Shown here piece by piece: positions 30,594 to 38,313 of a DNA stretch of 64,000 bases (its first letter is position 1; every line of letters begins with the position of its first letter). This stretch comes from an uncultured virus (IMG/VR IMGVR_UViG_3300025853_007458). Taxonomy: Duplodnaviria; Heunggongvirae; Uroviricota; Caudoviricetes. The translations under genes were made by a program, and so were the position numbers. The DNA is taken from IMG/VR virus record IMGVR_UViG_3300025853_007458; one strand, written 5' to 3'. Below the pieces are notes generated by a model that saw only the letters and a program-made list of their open reading frames with translations, was not told the origin of the DNA and ran no database searches.

Positions 30594-31647
30594 AGACTGG
30601 AAAGAAAACAAAGGATTCCCATACTATCCTGAAGATAGAAAATGGCGTGATGATGAGTTTAATAAACTTACGTCATTTAATAGAGATACCTTATTAGATA
30701 CAAAGAATAAAATCATAGGTCAATCAACACATGGTTTAACACTTGCATGGTCGTATATGCACCACGCATGGTCAATCAAATGTGGTAAGATGAAGACACC
30801 TATGGAGATATGGGAAGATGAAGAACATTTAGAAAAAGGTATTAACAAGATACTTACAGGTACTTTCTTCACAAAACGAGAAGCACACAAAATTACAGAT
30901 TCAGATATGAGAGCTATGTTAAGAAGATATAGTGGTACTCAAATGGTTTCTAATTTCAGACCTACAGCAGCCGCAACTTTATATGATATATTTGTAGAAA
31001 AAGATAGTCCACTAGAGGGTACAGAAGCAGGTACAGTTTGGGATCCTAGTATGGGTTATGGTGGTCGTTTAATGGGTGCAATTGCAGCTGGGGTAAATTA
31101 CATAGGCACAGACCCTTGTGTTCCTACATACGCAGGTTTAGAAAAGATAAGAGATGATTATGGACACTCTCACAAAAAATATACATTATTAAAACAAGGA
31201 TCAGAAACGTTTGTACCTGATATGAATAGTTTAGATTTTGTATTTACATCACCACCTTATTTAGGACATGAACAATATGGTGATGAAGAAGAACAATCAT
31301 TTAATAAATTCCCACAACAAGATCAATGGCGTGATGGTTTCTTATTGCAAACTATTAAGAACGCATACACAGGTTTAAAACCAGGTAAATATGCAGGTTT
31401 CAATGTTGCAAATGTAAAATCATATAAGACCTTTGAAGAAGATACCTACGATTGTATGGTTGAGGCAGGTTTTGAAGATATACAAGTTTGGTGGTTATCT
31501 TTATCAACTCAACAAGGTACGAAGATACAATCTACACTAGAAGGCACAGAATCAGAAAAGAAACAATCACAGAATTATATAGGACGATTCGCAAGACCAG
31601 ACATTCCAGGTAGAAAATACGAGCCAATCTTCATAGGACGTAAGTAA
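30568..31647 (+). CDS. Amino (N4-C/N6-A) DNA methyltransferase-like protein
   Basis: SAM-binding WDPSMGYGG and YIGTDP; catalytic FTSPPY. Confidence 0.78.
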   Translation: MSNAKEVIKDWKENKGFPYYPEDRKWRDDEFNKLTSFNRDTLLDTKNKIIGQSTHGLTLAWSYMHHAWSIKCGKMKTPMEIWEDEEHLEKGINKILTGTFFTKREAHKITDSDMRAMLRRYSGTQMVSNFRPTAAATLYDIFVEKDSPLEGTEAGTVWDPSMGYGGRLMGAIAAGVNYIGTDPCVPTYAGLEKIRDDYGHSHKKYTLLKQGSETFVPDMNSLDFVFTSPPYLGHEQYGDEEEQSFNKFPQQDQWRDGFLLQTIKNAYTGLKPGKYAGFNVANVKSYKTFEEDTYDCMVEAGFEDIQVWWLSLSTQQGTKIQSTLEGTESEKKQSQNYIGRFARPDIPGRKYEPIFIGRK

Positions 31648-31657
31648 ATTCCAAATT

Positions 31658-31672
31658 GTTCTCGTTTTGTTC
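31658..31672 (+). promoter_or_regulatory. GTTC-N7-GTTC direct repeat resembling the alphaproteobacterial LexA box
   Basis: gttc-tcgtttt-gttc in the intergenic region upstream of the 31708 promoter. Confidence 0.4.
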
Positions 31673-31707
31673 TCATTTATACCACGTATTTACTAGGTTT
31701 TTAACGC

Positions 31708-31736
31708 TTGACTTTTAAAGCGTTTTAGTATAGCAT
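31708..31736 (+). promoter_or_regulatory. Early sigma70-type promoter
   Basis: (CGC)TTGACT-17 nt-TAGCAT; same elements as the promoter at 33896. Confidence 0.7.
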
Positions 31737-31738
31737 AA

Positions 31739-33877
31739 GTGTATATTATGACAAAAAACACTATGAAAAATAAATCGCAACTTGCAAAGTTGCTTGCTAC
31801 TGAAAATATTGAAGTACAAGAAAACCAAGTACAAACTGCTTCGTTTGATGTAGTCAATAGAATATTAACAATCCCTATTTTTAAAGAAGAACAAAAAAGT
31901 AAACATGTTTATGACATGTTAGTAGGACACGAAGTATCCCATGCTTTATATACACCATCTGATTCATGGAAAGAGATGTCAAAAAGAACTAAAGAATTTA
32001 AGTCATTTGTTAACGTTATTGAAGACGCTAGAATTGACAAGTTAATACAAAAGAAATATCCTGGTCTTGTTGATGACTACTTAAAAGGTTTTGATAAGAT
32101 GTACAAGGATAACTTCTTTGGCACTAAAGGTAAAGATATTATGACTTATGCGTTGATTGATAAAATCAACCTATACTATAAGTCTTCAAAAAGATTAGAT
32201 TTTAAATTTACTAACAAAGAAAAAATATTAGTTGACGCTGTTGATAAATGTAAAAGTTTTGATGACGTGTGTAAACTTGCTGAAGATATACTTGGTTATT
32301 GTAAAGATGAATTAAAGAAGAAACCTGAATTACAAAAAGTTTACAAACAAGATCCATCAGGTAAAAAAGGTGATGAGTCAGAAACCGATAGTAATGATTC
32401 AGATAAAACTACAGACGAAAAATTAGATGAATGGTTAGATAAAAAATCAGAGTCAGATGACGCTGATGAGAAGGCAAAGAAAAAAGAATCAAATCAAACT
32501 GGTGGTAACGGTGCTGGGTTACCTGACAATACACCTACAGAATTGAGAGCATTAACTGCTGACAATTATGAAAATTCAGTTAAGGGTATTACAGACGAAT
32601 CTGCTCATACTAGATGTTATGCTGAACTACCTAAAGTTGATCTTAAAAAATTAATTATTCCTTATAACAAGTTTATTAGAGATATTATGGTTTACGATAA
32701 ACAACATCATAATACAGAATATGATAAACAACAAATCAATAAGGCAAAAGTTAGAACTCAAAAATTTATTAAAGAGTCTTCTAATGTTGTTAATTTTTTA
32801 GTTAAAGAATTTGAGATGAAAAAAAATGCTAAGTTATATGCTCGTGCTTCACAGGATAAAACAGGTATTATTGATCCTCTAAAATTACATAGTTACAAAT
32901 ATGCTGAAGATATATTTAAAAAGATTACAACTGTGCCTAATCAAAAAAATCACGGTATGATTTTATTACTTGATTGGTCTGGTTCAATGCAAAAACATAT
33001 TCTACCTACCGTAGAACAATTATTGAACTTAACTTTATTCTGTAAAAAGATTAATATACCTTTTTCAGTTTATGCGTTTATGAATAATCATAGAGAAACC
33101 AAAGATGACTATACTAAATCTGGTTTTTCTGTAACTAATAAAACTATTCAACCAGACGCTTCTACAAAACTTGTACAATTGTTTTCACATAAACAATCAA
33201 AAGTTGATTATATGAGATGTGCTACTATATTACATAGGGCTGCAATGTACTTTGGTGACTACGGTGGATGGAGAAGAAATTATAATGAAGATGAATCAGT
33301 ACCTTCTATTTCAGGTGACTACTACCTATCATCTACACCTCTTAATGAATCACTTGTGGGTATGGATCACATAATTAAAAAGTTTAAAAAAGATTACAAT
33401 ACTGATAAATTATCACTTGTTACTTTAACAGATGGTGCTTCTAATTCAATGAATAGACTAGGTCAAGGTGACTTATACTTAAAACTAAACGGCAAATATC
33501 AAATGGCTGGTAGTTACTATATGGATAAAAAAGATTTTACAAGTGTTATGTTAAGATACTTAAAAAAGAAATACGATTTACAAACTATCGGTTTCTATCT
33601 AGTTTCAAAATATAGAGAACTACAATACCAATTGAGAGTACCTTACAATAAAGAGATATTGGCTAGAAAAATGTTTACTAAAGATAAATTTATCGCTGAT
33701 TATGATACTGCTTATGATGTTTACTTTTATGTTAACTCTGGCACTAGAGTTGCTAACCAAGTATTCGAATCAGATTCAACTGATAAGAGAACTTTAAAAA
33801 AGATGTTTATGTCGGGAATGAAAAAACGAATCAATTCCAGAGTATTATTACAAAACTTTATCAAAAGGATCGCATAA
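31739..33877 (+). CDS. HExxH metallopeptidase-like plus vWA domain protein (CobT-like AAA partner)
   Basis: GHEVSH and NVIEDARI, acidic linker, MIDAS motifs DWSGSM, TPL and LTDG. Confidence 0.78.
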   Translation: MYIMTKNTMKNKSQLAKLLATENIEVQENQVQTASFDVVNRILTIPIFKEEQKSKHVYDMLVGHEVSHALYTPSDSWKEMSKRTKEFKSFVNVIEDARIDKLIQKKYPGLVDDYLKGFDKMYKDNFFGTKGKDIMTYALIDKINLYYKSSKRLDFKFTNKEKILVDAVDKCKSFDDVCKLAEDILGYCKDELKKKPELQKVYKQDPSGKKGDESETDSNDSDKTTDEKLDEWLDKKSESDDADEKAKKKESNQTGGNGAGLPDNTPTELRALTADNYENSVKGITDESAHTRCYAELPKVDLKKLIIPYNKFIRDIMVYDKQHHNTEYDKQQINKAKVRTQKFIKESSNVVNFLVKEFEMKKNAKLYARASQDKTGIIDPLKLHSYKYAEDIFKKITTVPNQKNHGMILLLDWSGSMQKHILPTVEQLLNLTLFCKKINIPFSVYAFMNNHRETKDDYTKSGFSVTNKTIQPDASTKLVQLFSHKQSKVDYMRCATILHRAAMYFGDYGGWRRNYNEDESVPSISGDYYLSSTPLNESLVGMDHIIKKFKKDYNTDKLSLVTLTDGASNSMNRLGQGDLYLKLNGKYQMAGSYYMDKKDFTSVMLRYLKKKYDLQTIGFYLVSKYRELQYQLRVPYNKEILARKMFTKDKFIADYDTAYDVYFYVNSGTRVANQVFESDSTDKRTLKKMFMSGMKKRINSRVLLQNFIKRIA

Positions 33878-33895
33878 ATAAAGGGTTTTTTTCGC

Positions 33896-33924
33896 TTGAC
33901 TTTTACCCCAAAAAATGATAGCAT
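33896..33924 (+). promoter_or_regulatory. Early sigma70-type promoter
   Basis: (CGC)TTGACT-17 nt-TAGCAT. Confidence 0.7.
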
Positions 33925-33958
33925 ATATGTATAACTTAAATATGAAAGGACTTATATT

Positions 33959-35161
33959 ATGATTGAGTTAAATAAAACACAAAAAACTGTATTGAAAGTA
34001 TTAAAAGATACTTACAATAAAGATACGGTGACTAGGGCAGAGATTAATGCTCTTGTTAAAAAGAAGGTTATCAAAAATCCTTCTTGGTTGAAATCAGACA
34101 AGTACAAAGTTGACAGAGGAGTTTATACTCTTAATGTTGACTCTATGGATGATACAACCACAGTTGATACAACTGATACTAAAATTTCCAATGATACAAA
34201 GGCTGCTTACATTGTGTCTTCATTGACCGACAATGTTGTACCTGCTAAGGATACAGACTTTGTTAACTTTGGTAATTACGCTGATATTAAAAATATCGTA
34301 AAATCTAAAAAGTTTTATCCTGCGTTTATTACAGGACTTTCTGGTAATGGTAAGACACTTGCTGTTACACAGGCATGTGCTGAATCAAAACGTGAAATGA
34401 TTAGATGTAATATTACGATTGAAACCGATGAGGACGATTTACTTGGTGGTTACAGACTAAAAGATGGTCAGACCGTATGGCAAAATGGTCCTGTTATTGA
34501 GGCGATGGAGAGAGGCGCTGTTCTTTTACTTGATGAGATTGACCTTGCAAGTAATAAGATTATGTGTTTACAACCTATCCTTGAAGGTTCGGGTGTTTAT
34601 GTTAAAAAGATAAACAAGTTTGTTAAACCTAAACTTGGCTTTAATGTGATTGCAACTGCTAACACTAAAGGTCAAGGTAGTGATGACGGTAAGTTTATCG
34701 GTACTAATGTTCTTAACGAGGCATTCCTTGAAAGATTTCCAGTTACATTTGAACAACAATATCCTTCTGCCAAAGTAGAAGAAAAAATTGTTGCTCAGAA
34801 ACTTGTAAGTGCTGGCAAAAAAGATGACAAGTTTGCTCATAATCTAGTTACTTGGGCTGACGTTATAAGAAAAACTTATAATGATGGCGGCGTTGATGAG
34901 ATTATAAGTACCAGAAGACTTGTCCATATTGCAGAAGCATATGGTATCTTTAAAAATAAAATGAAGGCAATCGCTGTTTGTACTAATAGATTTGATGATG
35001 ATACTAAAACATCATTTGTTGATCTATATTCAAAAGTAGATAGTGGTGCTTCAGTAGACCAAATTCTTGCTGATAAGAAGGCAGCCGAAGAGGCAGAGAT
35101 ATTATCAGAAAAGAAATCCGATGATAGTGAGGAAGATAGTGAAGATGACTTTTCTGTCTAA
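33959..35161 (+). CDS. cobS: CobS-like MoxR-type AAA+ ATPase
   Basis: GLSGNGKT, LLLDEID, ATANTKGQG, NEAFLERF and ISTRRL motifs. Confidence 0.9.
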   Translation: MIELNKTQKTVLKVLKDTYNKDTVTRAEINALVKKKVIKNPSWLKSDKYKVDRGVYTLNVDSMDDTTTVDTTDTKISNDTKAAYIVSSLTDNVVPAKDTDFVNFGNYADIKNIVKSKKFYPAFITGLSGNGKTLAVTQACAESKREMIRCNITIETDEDDLLGGYRLKDGQTVWQNGPVIEAMERGAVLLLDEIDLASNKIMCLQPILEGSGVYVKKINKFVKPKLGFNVIATANTKGQGSDDGKFIGTNVLNEAFLERFPVTFEQQYPSAKVEEKIVAQKLVSAGKKDDKFAHNLVTWADVIRKTYNDGGVDEIISTRRLVHIAEAYGIFKNKMKAIAVCTNRFDDDTKTSFVDLYSKVDSGASVDQILADKKAAEEAEILSEKKSDDSEEDSEDDFSV

Positions 35162-35183
35162 ATCTATCCATAGTGTAAGTCCG

Positions 35184-35207
35184 CTTGTGGGGGTTGTGCC
35201 CCACAAG
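35184..35207 (+). terminator. GC-rich hairpin after cobS, probable terminator or processing stem
   Basis: CTTGTGGGG/CCCCACAAG 9-bp stem; U tract is weak. Confidence 0.5.
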
Positions 35208-35229
35208 TTAACTTTAAACAAGGAAAGTA

Positions 35230-35559
35230 ATGACAAATTTTAAAGATAATAGTGGTTTAGAAGAATACAAACCAAAAATGTCACAAGAAGAACGTGATGA
35301 AAAAATGAAAAAGTTTTTAGCAAAGGGTGGAAAAATTGAAAAATTAAAACCAGGATACCCTATTAGTGTAGGTAGTTTAGATAAAAGTAAAAAACCAAGA
35401 TACACAAAAGAAGATGTTTCTAAAGGACTTGCTGTTGGTAAAACAGCTAGACCTAATTATGATACATATAAAAAAGGATCATACCACGACTTTGATGTTG
35501 GTGGTGATAACCCACCAGTATGGGAAAAACAACCAAAAAATGAGATGGGAGGTAAATAG
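35230..35559 (+). CDS. Hypothetical basic protein
   Basis: 109 aa, AAGGA RBS, FLAKGGKIEKL motif. Confidence 0.6.
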   Translation: MTNFKDNSGLEEYKPKMSQEERDEKMKKFLAKGGKIEKLKPGYPISVGSLDKSKKPRYTKEDVSKGLAVGKTARPNYDTYKKGSYHDFDVGGDNPPVWEKQPKNEMGGK

Positions 35560-35562
35560 ATA

Positions 35563-35805
35563 ATGGCCATTACAGTAGAAGTAAGAGGTGGCAATTTAGA
35601 GAAGGCTATGCGTGTTCTTAAAAAGAAAGTACAAAAGGCAGGGATTGTTAAAGATTTAAGATCAAAACAATATTTTTCTAAACCATCAGAAATAAAACGT
35701 GAAAAAGCAAAAGAACGTTCTAAAACAATCAGAAAAGCTCAAAAAGCAAATGATGAGATGTTAGGTTACAAGTACGTAAAAGGAGTTAAAGTTAAGAAAA
35801 TTTAA
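35563..35805 (+). CDS. rpsU: Ribosomal protein bS21
   Basis: VEVRGGNLEKAMRVLKKK...YFSKPSEIKREK pattern; GGAGG RBS. Confidence 0.88.
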   Translation: MAITVEVRGGNLEKAMRVLKKKVQKAGIVKDLRSKQYFSKPSEIKREKAKERSKTIRKAQKANDEMLGYKYVKGVKVKKI

Positions 35806-35840
35806 GAATTTCTATGCCGTCTGTGTTGTATATATATTAT

Positions 35841-35950
35841 TACTACGAGGCAATTCATAAGACCTAGTAGGGGTATAGAAAAAGGTAGAGAAATCTACCG
35901 AAAAAACGGTGATCTTTGCCAGTTTAACTCCGTGACAAAAGGAAACTGGC
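35841..35950 (+). ncRNA. Candidate structured RNA with three stem-loops, family unknown
   Basis: CTAC-G-AGG/CCT-A-GTAG stem; GGTAGA-GAAA-TCTACC; GCCAGTTT/AAACTGGC; no ORF. Confidence 0.4.
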
Positions 35951-35952
35951 GC

Positions 35953-35982
35953 TTGAAATTATATAAATAATTATTATATAAT
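35953..35982 (+). promoter_or_regulatory. Overlapping sigma70-like and late promoters for hsp20
   Basis: TTGAAA-18 nt-TATAAT with TATAAATA (35962-35969) inside the spacer. Confidence 0.55.
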
Positions 35983-35986
35983 ACTA

Positions 35987-36045
35987 GACAATGCCTTATA
36001 GGGTTGTCAGAAAATTAACTTTGCTTAACAATAGGAGGTTACATG
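35987..36045 (+). promoter_or_regulatory. ROSE-like RNA thermometer in the hsp20 leader
   Basis: 5' hairpin GACAA..CCT/AGG..TTGTC, then AACTTTGCT pairing with AGGAGGTT (SD) with a bulged G; UUGCU is the ROSE signature. Confidence 0.62.
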
Positions 36046-36498
36046 ACCAATAAAGCACTATCAATTTTCAATCAATTAAGACCACTAACTGTAGGATTTG
36101 ACGATACGTTCAGACATTTTGAATCAATGTTTGACCATCAATTAGATCATATATCAACTACAGCTTTTCCACACTATAATATAGTTAAGATGGATAAGAA
36201 TAAGTACGATATTCAAATCGCACTTGCTGGTTATAACAAAAAAGATATAGACATAAGCCTTGAGGAAGGTGTACTATCTGTTGAGTCTAAAAAAGTAGAT
36301 GACAAGAAAACAGAAAAGGTAGACTCTGGAGGTGAAATCTTACATAAAGGTATCGCTAAAAGATACTTTAAGAAGTCTTTTACAATCGCTGATGACGTTA
36401 AGGTTACAGGCGCTGAATTAAAGGACGGACTATTAAGAGTGTCTTTAGAAAGAGTTGTTCCAGAACATAAAAAACCTAGAACTATCTCAATCAAATAA
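36043..36498 (+). CDS. hsp20: Small heat-shock protein Hsp20 (IbpA-like)
   Basis: FPHYNI, IALAGY, LHKGIAKRYF and AELKDGLL motifs; C-terminal I-S-I. Confidence 0.95.
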   Translation: MTNKALSIFNQLRPLTVGFDDTFRHFESMFDHQLDHISTTAFPHYNIVKMDKNKYDIQIALAGYNKKDIDISLEEGVLSVESKKVDDKKTEKVDSGGEILHKGIAKRYFKKSFTIADDVKVTGAELKDGLLRVSLERVVPEHKKPRTISIK

Positions 36499-36505
36499 AA
36501 AACCA

Positions 36506-36543
36506 ATACGTGCTATGTTTTAAACGCATAGCACGTATAAATA
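36506..36543 (+). promoter_or_regulatory. 12-bp perfect inverted repeat overlapping a late promoter
   Basis: ATACGTGCTATG (36506-17) / CATAGCACGTAT (36527-38); TATAAATA at 36536-36543. Confidence 0.6.
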
Positions 36544-36548
36544 CTTAA

Positions 36549-36600
36549 TATCGTTCAACTCAAATGAGTCGGAAGTAGGCACGTGCCGAAGGAACGCACC
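36549..36600 (+). ncRNA. glnA-type glutamine riboswitch
   Basis: P1 CGTTC/GAACG, P2 ACTC-AAAT-GAGT, junction CGGAAGTA, P3 GGCA/TGCC, E-loop AGTA/GAA; matches the glnA RNA architecture. Confidence 0.82.
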
Positions 36601-36624
36601 TAACTAAAAAAAAAAGGAGGGTGT

Positions 36625-36780
36625 ATGAATTTCAAGTGGGATCTAACAAAGTTTATTAAAGAGGCAAGAGCAAAAAAATCTGCAACTGCTATTTTAAGAA
36701 AAAGATCAAAAGATTCAATTGCTAGACCAAAAGCAACTAAAAATATCACATCAAAAGATTCTCGTTTACAAGGTATATAG
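36625..36780 (+). CDS. 51-aa basic peptide downstream of the glutamine riboswitch, not in the ORF track
   Basis: AAGGAGG RBS, ATG at 36625, MNFKWDLTKFIKEARAKKSATAILRKRSKDSIARPKATKNITSKDSRLQGI, TAG at 36778-36780. Confidence 0.75.
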   Translation: MNFKWDLTKFIKEARAKKSATAILRKRSKDSIARPKATKNITSKDSRLQGI

Positions 36781-36784
36781 GATA

Positions 36785-36813
36785 TTGACAAATTGACGTG
36801 AATAGTATATAAT
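36785..36813 (+). promoter_or_regulatory. Consensus sigma70-type promoter
   Basis: TTGACA-17 nt-TATAAT. Confidence 0.75.
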
Positions 36814-36838
36814 GTAATTATTATAAGGAGAAAATATT

Positions 36839-37363
36839 ATGAAAAAAGGTGATAGAGTACCAGAAGTAAATTTTAGAGTAAGATCGCTAGGCGAATGGAC
36901 AGATACAAATACGAATACGTATTTTAAAGATAAGAGAGTTATACTGTTTTCATTACCAGGCGCTTTTACTCCTACATGTTCAACTCAACAATTACCAGGA
37001 TACGAAAAATTATATAGTGTGTTTAAACAACACAATATTGATGACATATATTGTATGTCAGTAAATGATTCGTTTGTTATGAATGCCTGGGCACAAAATC
37101 AAAAACTAGAAAACGTTAAAGTAATACCTGATGGTAATGGTGACTTTACAGACGCAATGGATATGCTTGTAGAGAAAACTGTTATAGGTTTTGGTATGAG
37201 ATCATGGAGATATGCTATGATTGTAAACAATGGTGTAATAGAAGAAATGTTTGTAGAACCTGGTAAAGGTAACAATACATCAGGAGACCCTTATGAGGAA
37301 TCTACTCCTGAAAAAGTTTTAAAATATCTACAAGCAAGTAGGCTTGACTCAAACGCAATTTAG
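36839..37363 (+). CDS. Peroxiredoxin (Prx5/redoxin family)
   Basis: LPGAFTPTCS, SVNDSFVMNAW, PDGNGDFT and RSWRYAM motifs. Confidence 0.93.
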   Translation: MKKGDRVPEVNFRVRSLGEWTDTNTNTYFKDKRVILFSLPGAFTPTCSTQQLPGYEKLYSVFKQHNIDDIYCMSVNDSFVMNAWAQNQKLENVKVIPDGNGDFTDAMDMLVEKTVIGFGMRSWRYAMIVNNGVIEEMFVEPGKGNNTSGDPYEESTPEKVLKYLQASRLDSNAI

Positions 37364-37372
37364 TGATATAAT
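37344..37372 (+). promoter_or_regulatory. Sigma70-type promoter for the replication accessory operon
   Basis: TTGACT-17 nt-TATAAT. Confidence 0.68.
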
Positions 37373-37378
37373 AATATT

Positions 37379-37642
37379 ATGAAATACAATGAGGATAAAA
37401 TCTTAAAAGAGATTAAAGAGTACATTGAGTCCACATACGGACAACATTACTCGTCTGGTAAAGATGGTATCCAAACTTTAGATTTATTAAAGTCTATTGG
37501 AATTAAAAGTGATTTTTGTCAGGCAAATGCAATTAAGTATTTGTCAAGGTATGGCAGAAAAAGTGGTTATAATCGTAAAGACTTGCTTAAAGCATTACAT
37601 TATGTTATACTATTATTAAATAATGATAAGGATAAGAAATGA
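37379..37642 (+). CDS. DUF3310-like conserved phage protein
   Basis: TYGQHY, FCQANAIKYLSRYGRK and DLLKALHY motifs. Confidence 0.75.
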   Translation: MKYNEDKILKEIKEYIESTYGQHYSSGKDGIQTLDLLKSIGIKSDFCQANAIKYLSRYGRKSGYNRKDLLKALHYVILLLNNDKDKK

Positions 37643-38304
37643 AAATAAGTGATAATACAATTAGTATATTAAGAAATTTTAGTGATATAAATGCTAATAT
37701 ACTATTTAAACCTGGTAAGAAACTATCTACAGTTTCTACAATGAAAAACATTATGGCAGAAGCCAATGTTGAAGATGAGTTTGAAACTGAATTTGGTGTA
37801 TATGATTTGCCAGAGTTTTTAAGAGCATTAGATTCTTTTACACAACCTGTATTGAATTTTAATGGTTCTGCAAACCTAAAAATACAAGATGAGAAGACAT
37901 CTTTATCAGCAAGATATGCTTTTGCTGAAAAATCTACATTGAGATATCCTTCTAAATCTATAACAATGCCAGACAAAACAGTATCGTTCTCATTGAACAA
38001 TGCTGATTATGAGTCTGTTAAAAAATTATATACTAATTTAAGTCTACCTGATATTGCATTTAAAGGTGAAGATGGTAAGATTAAGTTAGTTGCATTAGAT
38101 AAGAAGAATAGCAACTCTAACGAATCGTCTATTATTGTAGGCGAAACTGATATAGAGTTTACTGCATATATCAAGGCCGAGAATATGAAGATTATTCCTG
38201 GTGATTATGATGTTGCATTATCAAAGGCAAAGATTGCTCACTTCATAAACAAAAAGGTACAAGTACAATACTGGATCGCTTTAGAAGCTGACTCAACATT
38301 TTAA
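37639..38304 (+). CDS. gp45: Sliding clamp
   Basis: LRNFSDINANI, FGVYDLPEFL and YWIALE motifs; upstream of gp44. Confidence 0.93.
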   Translation: MKISDNTISILRNFSDINANILFKPGKKLSTVSTMKNIMAEANVEDEFETEFGVYDLPEFLRALDSFTQPVLNFNGSANLKIQDEKTSLSARYAFAEKSTLRYPSKSITMPDKTVSFSLNNADYESVKKLYTNLSLPDIAFKGEDGKIKLVALDKKNSNSNESSIIVGETDIEFTAYIKAENMKIIPGDYDVALSKAKIAHFINKKVQVQYWIALEADSTF

Positions 38305-38313
38305 GGTTGTTAT

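Noticed and set aside
33959..35161. Cobalamin biosynthesis role for cobS
   Set aside because: No other cob genes; this is the general MoxR-type ATPase of marine T4-like phages.
36600..36791. Minus-strand 63-aa ORF in the track
   Set aside because: The plus-strand ORF 36625..36780 has a strong SD, a promoter and a riboswitch; the minus ORF is its shadow.
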